A DNA stretch of 64,000 nucleotides, from positions 558,001-622,000 of the forward strand of contig NC_086385.1 in NCBI RefSeq assembly GCF_036588685.1, given 5' to 3'. This stretch comes from Mytilus trossulus. Lineage: Eukaryota. Below the pieces are notes generated by a model, which made no database searches, was not told the DNA's origin, and worked only from the letters and a program-made list of their open reading frames with translations. The position numbers and the translations under genes were made by a program. Below are positions 25,703 through 37,818 of this stretch, in pieces. Numbering within the stretch: the stretch's first letter is position 1; each line of letters begins with the position of its first letter.

Positions 25703-27721
25703 TTACCAATTAAGCAGGACGTTATCCTTTTCTGTCATCGTTATTTGATCATTTGTACGGCTTTGTCCTGGTTGTTTTATCGTATTCATGTCTACATCAT
25801 GTGTACGGCTTTGTCCTGGTTGCTCTATCGTATTCATGTCTGCCTCATGTGTACGGCTGTTTACTGGTTGTTCCGTCGTATTCATCGCTACCTCATGTGT
25901 ACGGCTTTGTCCTGGTTGTTCTATCGTATTCATCTGTAGCTCATGTGTACGAATGTTTCCTTGTTGTTCTATCGCATTCATCTCTACCTCATGTGTACGG
26001 CTTTGTCCTGCTTGTTCTATCGTATTCATCGCTACCTCATGTGTTCGGCTTTTTCCTAGTTGTTCCATCGTATTCATCTCTACCTCATGCGTATGGTTTT
26101 GTCCTGGTTGTTCTATCGTATTCATCTGCACCTCATGTGTTTGGCTTTTTCCTGGTTGTTCTATCGTATTCATCTCTACCTCCTGTGAACGGCTTTGTCC
26201 TTGTTGTTCTATCGTATTCATCTCTACCTCATGTGTACGGCTTTGTCCTAGTTGTTCTATCGTATTCATCTCTACCTCAAATGTTCGGCTTTTTTCTAGT
26301 TGTTCCATTGTTATCATCTCTACCTCATGTTTACGGCTGTTTCCTGGTTGTTCCATCATACTCATCTGTACCTCATGTGAACGGCTTTGGCCTGGTTGTT
26401 CTAACGTAATCATCTCTACCTCATGTGTACGGCTTTCTCCTGGTTGTTTTATCATATTCATCTGTATCTCATTTGCCCTGATTTTTCCTGATTTTTCCGT
26501 TGTTGTCATCGCTTTTCTGTCTGTTGGCTGTGTTCTATTATGTGGAGTTTTCCTTATTTGGTGAATTTGATCCTTGAGTGTACAGTGGGTAATTATTTTT
26601 TTTAGGAACAAAACGATTTCTTTTCTCATTTTTGTTGACATCATAATGTAGATGATAAAATTTGACATACACCCAATAATTGTAAAAAGTTTTAAACCTT
26701 CCATAAGCCAAGTAACGATGTAATAGTACGAAATATAATCGGCATAACTAGACAATCCAGGTGTCCATAAAAAATAACCCAAAAGTCCGGCCATCTCTTG
26801 CTCGTACCTTGTTATCACCCAAATTTTATCTATGGTTGAAATATCATTCATCACCTTATTAAAATGATTAAAACACCACAATAAGAACACAATTACTTTT
26901 GGAACTTCTGTAATGAAGAAAACAATAAGAACTGCAATGATCATTGCAACTGATCTTCTTTCTTGTTTCCTTTGTTCTGTCATCCGACCCCTGAACTTGT
27001 TAGTGATTAACTTGTAGACGATGAATATTGTAGATATCAGCATGACCAGACAACAGCTTGTCAAAAGAACGGTTTGCATCAGGAGATATGTAACAGAGGA
27101 GTATTCTAATATATTGTCACCTCCAGAATGAACAAAACAAGAAACTGTGCCATCTTGATGCTTGTATTTCTCAGACCAAATGCTAAAATGTCGTGGAATA
27201 CCTATTGCTATGGACAATACGAAGCACATAGCACAACAGGTTACGGCTTTTTGTTTTGTCATCTCATTTTTAGTCCAAACGGGAAAGAGAATGGCTATGA
27301 CTTTTTGTATTCCGAGACATGTTGTGAGCATTGTTGATACATTGTGAAATGTGAATGATGCTATAGAGAGATGATGATTAATAGAACAATACGGATATGG
27401 TAAATAACAATTGTAAGTTTCAATGTCAATGTCAATGACAAATTCACAAACATATTGTGACTGGAATATTGGTTCCAGCCCATAACATGAAAGCGCCGTT
27501 AATATATCAGCTACTGCTAAACCCTTCATAACCATTGTAGCAGGTGAACGCAAATTTTTACGACTGAGAATAACAAATATGATGATGTTCATTATCATAG
27601 AAAAATATGATATAACAGAACCAGCACGGTACATACCAAGTAAATACTTGTCCAAGTCAACACTAAAAGTATCAACATACATGTAGATATAAAAATTAAT
27701 ACTATCATTATGACCAAGCAT
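25703..27721 (-). CDS. Intronless class A GPCR (FMRFamide/sex-peptide/myosuppressin receptor-like, Srw-type) with repeat tail, paralogue 1, 672 aa
   Basis: Seven hydrophobic segments: TM1 N + LSRKNLRSP, TM2 LAVAD, TM3 C...LGIQKVIAILFP, TM6 FFITEVP and TM7 NFIIY. Confidence 0.9.
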   Translation of the reverse strand: MLGHNDSINFYIYMYVDTFSVDLDKYLLGMYRAGSVISYFSMIMNIIIFVILSRKNLRSPATMVMKGLAVADILTALSCYGLEPIFQSQYVCEFVIDIDIETYNCYLPYPYCSINHHLSIASFTFHNVSTMLTTCLGIQKVIAILFPVWTKNEMTKQKAVTCCAMCFVLSIAIGIPRHFSIWSEKYKHQDGTVSCFVHSGGDNILEYSSVTYLLMQTVLLTSCCLVMLISTIFIVYKLITNKFRGRMTEQRKQERRSVAMIIAVLIVFFITEVPKVIVFLLWCFNHFNKVMNDISTIDKIWVITRYEQEMAGLLGYFLWTPGLSSYADYISYYYIVTWLMEGLKLFTIIGCMSNFIIYIMMSTKMRKEIVLFLKKIITHCTLKDQIHQIRKTPHNRTQPTDRKAMTTTEKSGKIRANEIQMNMIKQPGESRTHEVEMITLEQPGQSRSHEVQMSMMEQPGNSRKHEVEMITMEQLEKSRTFEVEMNTIEQLGQSRTHEVEMNTIEQQGQSRSQEVEMNTIEQPGKSQTHEVQMNTIEQPGQNHTHEVEMNTMEQLGKSRTHEVAMNTIEQAGQSRTHEVEMNAIEQQGNIRTHELQMNTIEQPGQSRTHEVAMNTTEQPVNSRTHEADMNTIEQPGQSRTHDVDMNTIKQPGQSRTNDQITMTEKDNVLLNW
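25742..26509 (-). repeat. Coding 48-bp minisatellite, 16 x 16-aa (MNTIEQPGQSRTHEVE)
   Basis: Counted directly in the translation; the frame is conserved throughout. Confidence 0.95.
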
Positions 27722-30253
27722 TATTTATATTGGCTGATATTGATTTTAAATACGAATACTCATCGTATTTTCGCAACGCACTCCTGATAGCTTAATCAAC
27801 TATCTTATATCAAAAAGTGAAAAGGTAAATACTTTATCCTAATGTCCGAATGATCATATTTCCATGACGATATAAATCACATGGACAACAAACGAAACTG
27901 TGTCATCCTAGTCTAATTTAGTCATCATTTGTCTGGACGGAAACTGCTGGTTTAAGTGAACGGAAAATATACAGCTTAATATTGCATTTAGTCCCCTCTA
28001 AATTAAAAAAAAATCACACACAAGATAGACGTGTATATATCAAATGTGGTTATTTTACTTGTTTTTAATACCATTAATGACATGTTTATCTTATTGAGAT
28101 CACTAAACGCCACATTGCATCATAATACTAACCATTATTATTGATATATATGACAACGTATTTGTCCTTTTGTAAAATAACAATAGTTCACCCATGGGTA
28201 AATGAAAATGACACTTTGTTAATTTCATTTATTCGAAGCACTTTCCTGACTTTCGACAGGAATGCTTAAACCAAAACATATTGAAAGTCGGGGATGTAGA
28301 AAACCTAAATGTAGATCATGTTACCAAGATGGTAAATCAAGAATAAAATTCGTCCATTGATTTTAACATGAAATATCAATTGATGTTCATTAAAATGACG
28401 GTATACCGTCAAACAAACAGGAAACAACAATTCCAAAATTGCCTAGATGATAAAAATGCTATGACCATGACTTCGGTCATCCGACAGTGAGGTCATTCGA
28501 TTCGATGAGCAGAAAATCGAGAACGGAAATGGGGAATGTGAAAAAGCTCTTGGAGCATACACTACAAAAGTCTAAAGGTCTGAAAAGACCAGTTTTTGTC
28601 TTAATTTGCATAAACTTTTACTTGACATTCTTAAAAAGTATGACTCGTGTTTTAATTTTTCTTGACAATTCTAATTAATATAAAATTTGTATGAAATTTA
28701 CTCGACATATTCTCGACATGCTGATTATGGTCTAAAATTTCTTAACTCATTTCTGACATTTGAATACTGTCTTGAAATTCCTCTACATATTCTGGACATT
28801 CTTTTTTTCTCAGTATGGCTTGACAAATTTTTAACATTTTAAATTGTGTCTTAAATTTACTTGACAATTCTGAGTTTTATAAATCATTACCAATATTCAT
28901 GATATAAGTTTAATCTTCATTTCTATTTCTATTATATACTGTTATTCAACGTTACACTTCTTACAACAACAAACTAGAGGCTCTTAAGTTTACGCATGCG
29001 CCAAAAAGATATGGCAGTGAAAATTTTCAGGCTAAAATTTATAGTGATATTTGGATTTGTATAATGGTTATCAGTGATGCCACGCAGTAAAAAGAGTTCT
29101 CGAAATAGAGCCCAAAAGTATTTTAGTGATTCTGCATCGTCGGATGAACGACATTTTTGTGATAAAAGATTTTGTACACAAGCAAAAGACAAGGTACATT
29201 TAAATAATAGTGAACACAATTCAAGTACAAGTACTAGTAAAGGCAATAACATAAATAACGACATGTATAGTTCTATTCAATACACACCTATGGCTGGTAC
29301 GCCGAATATGAACTATCCACAAAACTTTTCGTCTTTTCCACTACAATCTATACCCCCTAAATACCACCTTCGATTTCACCTAGCATTGAAATGTCCCTGA
29401 ACGATTTTTGCAAGAAAATGTCAAAAGTAGAAATGAAATTAACAAAATTAGATCGAATTGAGGAGCGTTTAGAAACCATGGATAAGCAATTTAAGTATGT
29501 AGATTCTAAAGTATGTGCCTGTAAACAGAGACTCAATACGCTCGAACCAAGCGCCCAATTCCTATCGAATGTACATAATGAATGTGCAATAATATTAAAA
29601 GGACGCATAGATACCCTCATAAGTAGTATTGAATCAATAAAAAGCTTATATAACAAGGTCCTAGACATTGAATCGCAAAGTTTAGAACATAACTTCTTAT
29701 ATTTCTCAATTGACGAAGAACCCATTGAAGAAAAAACAGAGAAAATAAAGTAGCCGATAGTTAGGAGTCTGGTCGTGTGATAGGGGGTCACTACGAGATA
29801 ATGAAAACTGTATGGAAAACATTTTGAAATTTTTGGAGAAGGAAATGAAATTTGAAGATGCAAAAAAAATTAAAATGAAAAAGGGTTAGATAAACCGAGG
29901 CCAAAAGTGGTGAAATTTAGGAGCTTGTCTTATAGGTCAAAAGTGAAAAGTGCATCGAGAAGATTAAAGGACTCGAAATTTGGTATAAGCCCTCAATACC
30001 CTCGTGAAATAGTCGAACGAAGGAGAAAACTTGACCCTATAATGTTAAAAGAGCGAAAAAAGAAGAAAACGGCCTATATTGTAGGTGACAAATTGTACGT
30101 TAACGGAGAATTGTGGAAAGGATAGGAAAAAGCAGAGTGTGATGAAAATGTGCCTGATTTACGGAAAGATGTTATTAGTATCTGTTCTTGAATTATTTCT
30201 AAAAGTTTAGTTTGAAAATTTTCTGATCCAGAGTTTCTACAAATAGTGCCTAA

Positions 30254-30806
30254 GGAGGCTCGAGGGTATAAAAATTTCAGAAAAAAAATTAAACATTTGT
30301 TTTTCAATAAAAATTGTATTTGTTACCTTTTGTAGTTGTTACTTTATCATATGGTACAAAAAACATTCAAAACAGTCAATTCGTGTTGTCCCCAGATGAC
30401 TTTTAAGATGTATACATCATTGAAAAAAATCCAAATTATCTCCCTATGGTGGAAAAATCCCTTTTTTTGGCTTTAAAATTGAAATATCTTTTTCCACTCA
30501 TCGGTGACCTATATTTTTTAATATTATTTCCATATAAGCTGTACTTAAACTAAATTATTTAAATTTGAGCGATTTCTGTAATAAATTTCTTTTTTTTATT
30601 TCGATATAAAATTTATTTCTCCTATTACTTCAACAGAAAAAAAACACCTTTTCAAAAATGTTTGTTTCTTTCGAAGGCAGATTGTGAGCGCAAATGAACG
30701 GTGACCCCACTTTTTTATTTTATTTTTCTATTAACTTTAGGATAAAGTTCCTTTATAGAAAAATATAGAGAAATCCTATATAAATGATTTAGACCCGCAA
30801 ACCCCC
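30254..30806. mobile_element. TTAA-targeting non-autonomous DNA transposon (Kolobok/piggyBac-like) inside the LINE endonuclease
   Basis: Imperfect TIRs GGAGGCTCGAGGGTATAAA / TTTAGACCCGCAAACCCCC flanked by CTAA and TTAA. Excision restores DPEFLQIVPKYDVLCFYECW. Confidence 0.8.
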
Positions 30807-31355
30807 TTAAATATGATGTGTTGTGTTTTTATGAATGTTGGGTCAAGTGCCCAGATCAGTTTGAAATAAATGGTTATAGTAAAAAAACATCTCTCTAGAG
30901 CAAAGTGCAATGGCGGGGTATAGTGTTATTCTATAAGAAATGGCTGAATCAATATATTGATATAATAAAATGTGAAGCAGATTGTATGATTTGGTTTAAA
31001 TTTGATAAATGTATTATGCCAAATAGCAAAAAATTATATATATATATATATGCAATTTATATGCCTCCAGATAAAAAGGTGTATTATGAAAAATATGATA
31101 TAGACTTTTTTTATGTATTCCAAGAACAAATCAAACATTTCTCAGACATAGGGACAGTTGCAGTGATAGGCGACCTAAACGGGAGAATTGGAAGAGATAA
31201 AGACTTTATTGAAGGTGATATTCTGAATAAACAATTAATCGATAACATACAGTTTGTTGATTATATAAGTGACAATTGTCTCCCAGATAGAATTACAGAA
31301 GCTTAAAGGCCTCTTATAGTTTCGGGCGTCGAATATTAGAACTGTGTAAATCATC

Positions 31356-32827
31356 TGGCGTACTAAATTATAATCCTGGTACTTTTGATAACTACTTACA
31401 CCACTGGGTCGATGCCACTGCTGATGGACGTTTCGTCCCCGAGGGTATCACCAGCCCAGTAGTCAACACTTCGGTGTTGACATGAATATCAATAATGTGG
31501 TAATTTTTATAAATTTCTTGTATACAAAACTTTAAACCTTTTGAAAAACTAAGGATTTTCTTATCCCAGGCATAGATTACCTTAGCCGTATTTGGCACAA
31601 CTTTTTGGAATTTTAGATCCTCAATGCTCTTCAACTTTGTACTTGTTTGGGTTTATAACTATTTTTGATTTGAGCGTCACTGATGAGTCTTGTGTAGACG
31701 AAACGCGCCTCTGGCGTACTAAATTATAATCCTGGTACTTTTGATAACTATTTACACCACTGGGTCGATGCCACTGCTGGTGGACGTTTCGTCCCCGAGG
31801 GTATCACCAGCCCAGTAGGCAACACTTCGGTGTTGACATGAATATCAATAATGTGGTCATTTTTATAAATTTCTTGTATACAAAACTTTTAACTTTTTGA
31901 AAAACTAAGGATTTTCTTATCCCAGGCATAGATTACCTTAGCCGTATTTGGTTCAACTTTTTGGAATTTTAGATCCTCAATGCTCTTCAACTTTGTACTT
32001 GTTTGGGTTTATAAATATTTTTGATTTGAGCGTCACTGATGAGTCTTATGTAGACGAAAGGCGCGTCTGGCGTACTAAATTATAATCCTGGTACTTTTGA
32101 TAACTATTTACACCACTGGGTCGATGCCACTGCTGGTGGACGTTTCGTCCCCGAGGGTATCACCAGCCCAGTAGTCAACACTTCGGTGTTGACATGAATA
32201 TCAATAATGTGGTCATTTTTATAAATTTCTTGTATACAAAACTTTACACTTTTTGAAAAACTAAGGATTTTCTTATCCCAGGCATAGATTACCTTAGCCG
32301 TATTTGGTTCAACTTTTTGGAATTTTAGATCCTCAATGCTCTTCAACTTTGTACTTGTTTGGGTTTATAAATATTTTTGATTTGAGCGTTACTGATGAGT
32401 CTTATGTAGACGAAAGGCGCGTCTGGCGTACTAAATTATAATCCTGGTACTTTTGATAACTATTGACACCACTTGGTCGATGCCACTGCTGGTGGACGTT
32501 TCTTCCCCGAGGGTATCACCAGCCCAGTAGTCAACACTTCGGTGTGGACATGAATATCAATAATGTGGTCATTTTTATAAATTTCTTGTACTATACAAAA
32601 CTTTACACTTTTTGAAAAACTAAGGATTTTCTTATCCCAGGCATAGATTATAATTACCTTAGCCGTATTTGGCACAACTTTTTGGAATTTTAGATCCTCA
32701 ATGCTCTTCAACTTTGTACTTGTTTGGGTTTATAAATATTTTTGATTTGAGCGTCACTGATGAGTCTTATGTAGACGAAACGCGCGTCTGGCGTACTAAA
32801 TTATAATCCTGGTACTTTTGATAACTA
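31356..32827 (+). mobile_element. Tandem non-LTR retrozyme array, 4 x ~356 bp plus ~40 bp
   Basis: Hammerheads at 31674-31717, 32030-32073, 32386-32429 and 32751-32794 (spacing 356, 356, 365). Removing the array restores the LINE reading frame. Confidence 0.93.
32751..32794 (+). ncRNA. Minimal type I hammerhead ribozyme, intact core
   Basis: GCGTCA CTGATGA GTCT TATGT AGAC GAAA CGCGCG TC TGGCGT. Confidence 0.92.
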
Positions 32828-33865
32828 TTAAGAACTTGTAACGGACGATATGGTGCTGATAGTGGTAAAATTACATTCCTTATATAAAAACGGTTTGATT
32901 GACTATTTATTAATGTCACATGATATAATTTGATTTAACAATTAAGTGTAAAAGATTTTAATACTTACTCTTGTCATGCTCCATTGAATTTTGAAATTCA
33001 CATAAAGGGTTTTAAAATTGTAAATGAAAAATGTACCTGTTCAAAATTTGTATATAATACTGTTAGATGGGATGAAAGGGACAAGGATGACATCATGAGC
33101 GAATTATTGGAAACTTTCTCAAAAGGTTGATGATCTTTTGTTACACTTGACCGAACACGAGAACAAAATTGACGAGTGTGTCAACGAATTAAATAAACTT
33201 TTGATTACAATTTGTGAACAGTATACTAAAGTTGAAGTAAAAAAGTAAACAAATGCGGCTACTGTGTAATATAGCAATTACCAAAAAGCCAGTATTTAAA
33301 CTTAACAGACCATGGATTTCAGAAAACTGAAAACTTTACGTAGACAATATAAATCAGCGTTAAAAGTTTTCAATGAAAAACGTAACAATGAAAACAGAAT
33401 TAAATTGAACATTGCTAAACAGAATTACAAGCAAACAGATATGAGACTCAAGAGACAGTACAAAAACCAACAAATGTTGAATCGGTTGCGTCGAAATAAC
33501 CCCAAAAAGTTTGTCCGGAAATTTAAAAGAACTCGGAATAATCATTCGAATTCTATAACACTGCAACAATTTCAAGCGCATTTTCAAAATTTAGTGTCGG
33601 GAAATACGTATAACGAAAACGAAAGAGTCTATACAAAATGTGTTCGAAGAATTGGACGCCCCATTCACTGAGAATGAACTTAGTTATGGAATACGACAAT
33701 TAAACGAGATAAAAATACTGGATTTGACAACATACTAATCGAATACCTTATTACTGGTAAAGCTGCACAAGTCCTATTTAATAACATTTTAAATACTGGA
33801 AATTTCCTGCAGATGTGGGTTAAAAGCATAATGGTTCCTGTGTTTAAGAAGGGGGATTTGGATGA

Positions 33866-34306
33866 TTTTTTGAAATGTCCACTAACTTTACCGAGTTTGA
33901 ACGAATTACTAATGTGGTATATAGGTTCATATGAACAATATTCGACTTGGTTTCGGCTTTTCATAAGATTGATATAGAGATTATTATTATCAACATATGT
34001 AAACACATTACTGTTATCGCATTCTGAGACTTGTGGATCATCAGGTAAAAATGTCTTTATAGATTGATGGAACGAATTTACTTTCGGTATTTTACATACC
34101 TCTGATTCCACAAGAAAATTGGTGTTGTTGTTGAATTTAGATAACACTTCAAGATTACAACGAGACACGTATTCTTTTTCCCGAAAAGTGTATTCCTTTT
34201 TTGTATTTATTCTTAACGTTGTTCCAATAATGCACACAAAAACACATACACACAAATAAAGAAAAGATTTCTTTCGAACTATACCGAACATACGTTTCGA
34301 ATTCAT
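33866..34306 (-). pseudogene. DUF229 copy B, 5' ~145 codons only, fused to antisense LINE RT
   Basis: Matches copy A up to KVSGHF, then continues into the reverse complement of LINE RT sequence (ORF 33680-34348). Confidence 0.9.
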
Positions 34307-35266
34307 CGTAACATTTATTGTATGTTTTAAGAAATAAACAATAAACATATTAATATTTTATTGGTTAAGTGACTTAGTGAAAATACTATGAATAATATTG
34401 ATCGTCATAAAATCATGTTAATTCGCGTCAAACAAAGTTCAAATTAAAAAAAATAATATTATAGGTGAAAATAAGGTAGCAATAAGTGAAATGTAGCAGG
34501 TTGCCTTTAAATGCTGTGATTTTAGCATTTCTTAATAATAACCGGAAATCTGTTTTTACCTCTCAAACCATTAAGTGTAAGAAATTTGTTTTCGTATGCT
34601 TTAATTAAACTTTGTTTTATTATCAATATGAAAAAGAAATATTTGATAAACATTTAATTACTTCAATGCAAATTACTTAGAAGCCAATAACTGAACACTT
34701 TATTGCATTTAGCACCTAACCACTATTAAACGGACAGCCCCTGCACTTACACCTATCATAAAGATGCTATTGAAGGTTAATTATCAAATGAAAATTTGCA
34801 CGGTTGACCATTCGTTTTCATCGAAGTATGAACTGGTATTTAACGTTCAGAAGACAAAACTGAGTCTATCAGGGTTAGAACATTTAAAATGTGATAGTAA
34901 TATGCATCTACTAAGACCGAAAGGATGAGTCGTATTCAATAGGTGTAAATGTACAAGATATCAATCTATAAGAGAGACCTCTTACCAAGACACACGGGCT
35001 CAGAACTGATCGGTCTCTGTTTTTGTCTTACATGCCGCGTCCTAAACAAAATAGGCGCAATTACCAGTTTATTAAACAAGAAATTAGAAATCTCCTCAAT
35101 ATTGACAAATCATGCATGTATCGTGAACGTGAACAAGGAGTTCAAATAGGTTTCCTATTCATGCTTAAAAAAATTTGTTATGCACTGGATGCTTCTGGAA
35201 TAGCCATGGTTTCATGTATTGGCTGTCGAACTTAGAGTTTCAAGGCCAATACAACTAATCTCGAAT

Positions 35267-35673
35267 CTATACCAGTTCTTATACACATGTATACAGAAAC
35301 AGCAAGCTTATAACGCTATAATCAAAATCTTTGATTGTTCGATAAACTTTTAATCTATACCAGTGCTAATACAGAAACAGGCAGTTTATAACGCGATAAT
35401 TCAAATCTTTGATCGTTCGATAAACTTTTAATCTATACCAGTGCTAATACAGAAACAGCCAGTTTATAACGCTATAATTCAAATCTTTAATTGTTTGATA
35501 AACTTTTAATCTATACCAGTGCTAATACAGAAACAGTCAGTTTATAACGCGATAAATTAAATCTTTGCTCGTTCGATAAACTTTTAATCTATACCAGTGC
35601 TAATACAGAAACAGACAGTTTATAAGGCTATAATTCAAATCTTTAATTGTTCGATAAACTTGTAATCTTTACC
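35267..35673. repeat. 78-bp satellite, ~5 units
   Basis: Same unit and same flanks as 11506-15385. Confidence 0.95.
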
Positions 35674-35773
35674 ATAGGAACAAATGGAACTACTGAATAT
35701 GTTTGTCCTGCAGAACCGCTAAGCTACCATTATAGTCGTCATATCTGTGGTTTACCAATTGTATCATATTTCC

Positions 35774-37818
35774 GACATCTTGACTGAGAATAAATTCGAG
35801 TGGCCGCCTTGTGATGCATGCTTAGCCTTCATCCTCTTGACATCTTCACTGAGAATAATTTCGAGTGGCCGTCTTGTGATGCATGCTTAGCCTTCATCCT
35901 CTTGACATCTTGACCGAGAATAATTTCGAGTGGTCGCCTTATGATGCATGCGTAGCCTTCATCCTCTTGATATCTTGACTGAGTATAAATTCGCGTGGTC
36001 GCCTTGTGATGCATGCGTAGCCTTCATCCTCTTGACATCTTGACTGAGTATAAATTCGCGTGACCTGGTGATGCATGCGTAGCCTTCATCCTCTTGATAT
36101 CTTGACTGAGTATAAATTCGCGTGGTCGCCTTGTGATGCATGCGTAGCCTTCATCCTCTTGACATCTTGACTGAGTATAAATTCGCATGGCCTGATGATG
36201 CATTTTTAGCTTTCATCCTCTTGACATCTTGACTGAGTATAAATTCGCGTGGCCTGGTGATGCATGCTTAGCTTTCATCCTCTTGACATCTTGACTGAGT
36301 ATAAATTCGTGTGGCCTGGTGATGCATTCTTAGCCTTCATCCTCTTGACATCTTGACTGAGTATAAATTCATGAGGCCTGGTGATGCATGCTTAGCCTTC
36401 ATCCTCTTGACATCTTGACTGAGTATACATTCGCATGGCATGGTGATGCATACTTAGCCTTCATCCTCTTGACATCTTGACTGAGTATAAATTCACGTGG
36501 CCTGGTGATGCATGCGTAGCCTTCATCCTCTTGACATCTTGACTGAGTATAAATTCGCGTGGCCTGGTGATGCATGCGTAGCCTTCATCCTCTTGACTTC
36601 TTGACTGAGTATAAATTCGCGTGGCCTGGTGATGCATGCTTAGTTTTCATCCTCTTGACATGTTGACTGAGTATAAATTCGCGTGGCCTGGTGATGCATG
36701 CTTAGCCTTCATCCTCTTGACATCTTGACTGAGTATAAATTCGCGTGGCCTGGTGATGCATGCTCCGCCTTCATCCTCTTGACATCTTGAATGAGTATAA
36801 ATTCGCGTGGCCTGGTGATGCATGCTTAGCCTTCATCCTCTTGACATCTTGACTGAGTATAAATTCGCATGGTCTGGTGATGCATGCTCCGCCTTCATCC
36901 TCTTGACATCTTGACTGAGTATAAATTCGCATGGTCTGGTGATGCATGCTTAGCCTTCATCCTCTTGACATCTTCACTGAGTATAAATTCGCGTGGCCTG
37001 GTGATGCATGATCCGCCTTCATCCTCTTGACATCTTGACTGAGTATAAATTCGCGTGGCCTGGTGATGCATGCTTAGCCTTCATCCTCTTGACATCTTGA
37101 CTGAGTATAAATTCGCATGGTCTGGTGATGCATGCTTAGCTTTCATCCTCTTGACATCTTGACTGAGTATAAATTCGCGTGGCCTGGTGATGCATGCTTA
37201 GCCTTCATCCTCTTGACATCTTGACTGAGTATAAATTCACGTGGCCTGGTGATGCATGCGTAGCCTTCATCCTCTTGACATCTTGACTGAGTATAAATTC
37301 GCGTGGCCTGGTGATGCATGCGTAGCCTTCATCCTCTTGACTTCTTGACTGAGTATAAATTCGCGTGGCCTGGTGATGCATGCTTAGTTTTCATCCTCTT
37401 GACATCTTGACTGAGTATAAATTCGCGTGGCCTGGTGATGCATGCTCCGCCTTCATCCTCTTGACATCTTGAATGAGTATAAATTCGCGTGGCCTGGTGA
37501 TGCATGCTTAGCCTTCATCCTCTTGACATCTTGACTGAGTATAAATTCGCATGGTCTGGTGATGCATGCTCCGCCTTCATCCTCTTGACATCTTGACTGA
37601 GTATAAATTCGCATGGTCTGGTGATGCATGCTTAGCCTTCATCCTCTTGACATCTTGACTGAGTATAAATTCGCGTGGCCTGGTGATGCATGCTTAGCCT
37701 TCATCCTCTTGACATCTTGACTGAGTATAAATTTGCATGGTCTGGTGATGCATGCTTAGCTTTCATCCTCTTGACATCTTGACTGAGTATAACTCGCATA
37801 GTCTGGTGATGTATGCTG
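35774..37818. repeat. 62/65-bp satellite, ~33 units
   Basis: Same unit and flanks as 15484-18187; mostly the 62-bp form. Confidence 0.97.

Larger units (their letters stand above)
25392..28880. repeat. GPCR duplication block, paralogous to ~41425-45660
   Basis: The 3' flank, CDS and 5' flank align colinearly. The block ends in a single monomer of the 319-bp satellite. Confidence 0.9.
28975..33866 (+). mobile_element. Decayed non-LTR retrotransposon (LINE; APE-type, CR1/L2/RTE-X-like), 3' truncated
   Basis: ORF1 remnants (coiled coil; RPKVVKF...YPREIVERRRKL...GDKLYVNG). APE motifs YDVLCFYECW, YMPP, IGDLNGRIG and LCKSSGLRTCNGR. RT start GFDNILIE...MWVKSIMVPVFKKGD. Many stops and frameshifts. 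The 5' boundary is approximate. Confidence 0.85.

Noticed and set aside
25613-26564. Plus-strand Cys-rich or hydrophobic repeat ORFs (also 41708-42818)
   Set aside because: These are antisense shadows of the 48-bp coding repeat in the GPCR tails.
31392-32711. Repeated ~80-aa ORFs MKSIEDLKFQKV... (also 12116-12379, 14335-14559)
   Set aside because: They are antisense to non-coding retrozyme units, start at TTG, and the frame is not conserved between copies.
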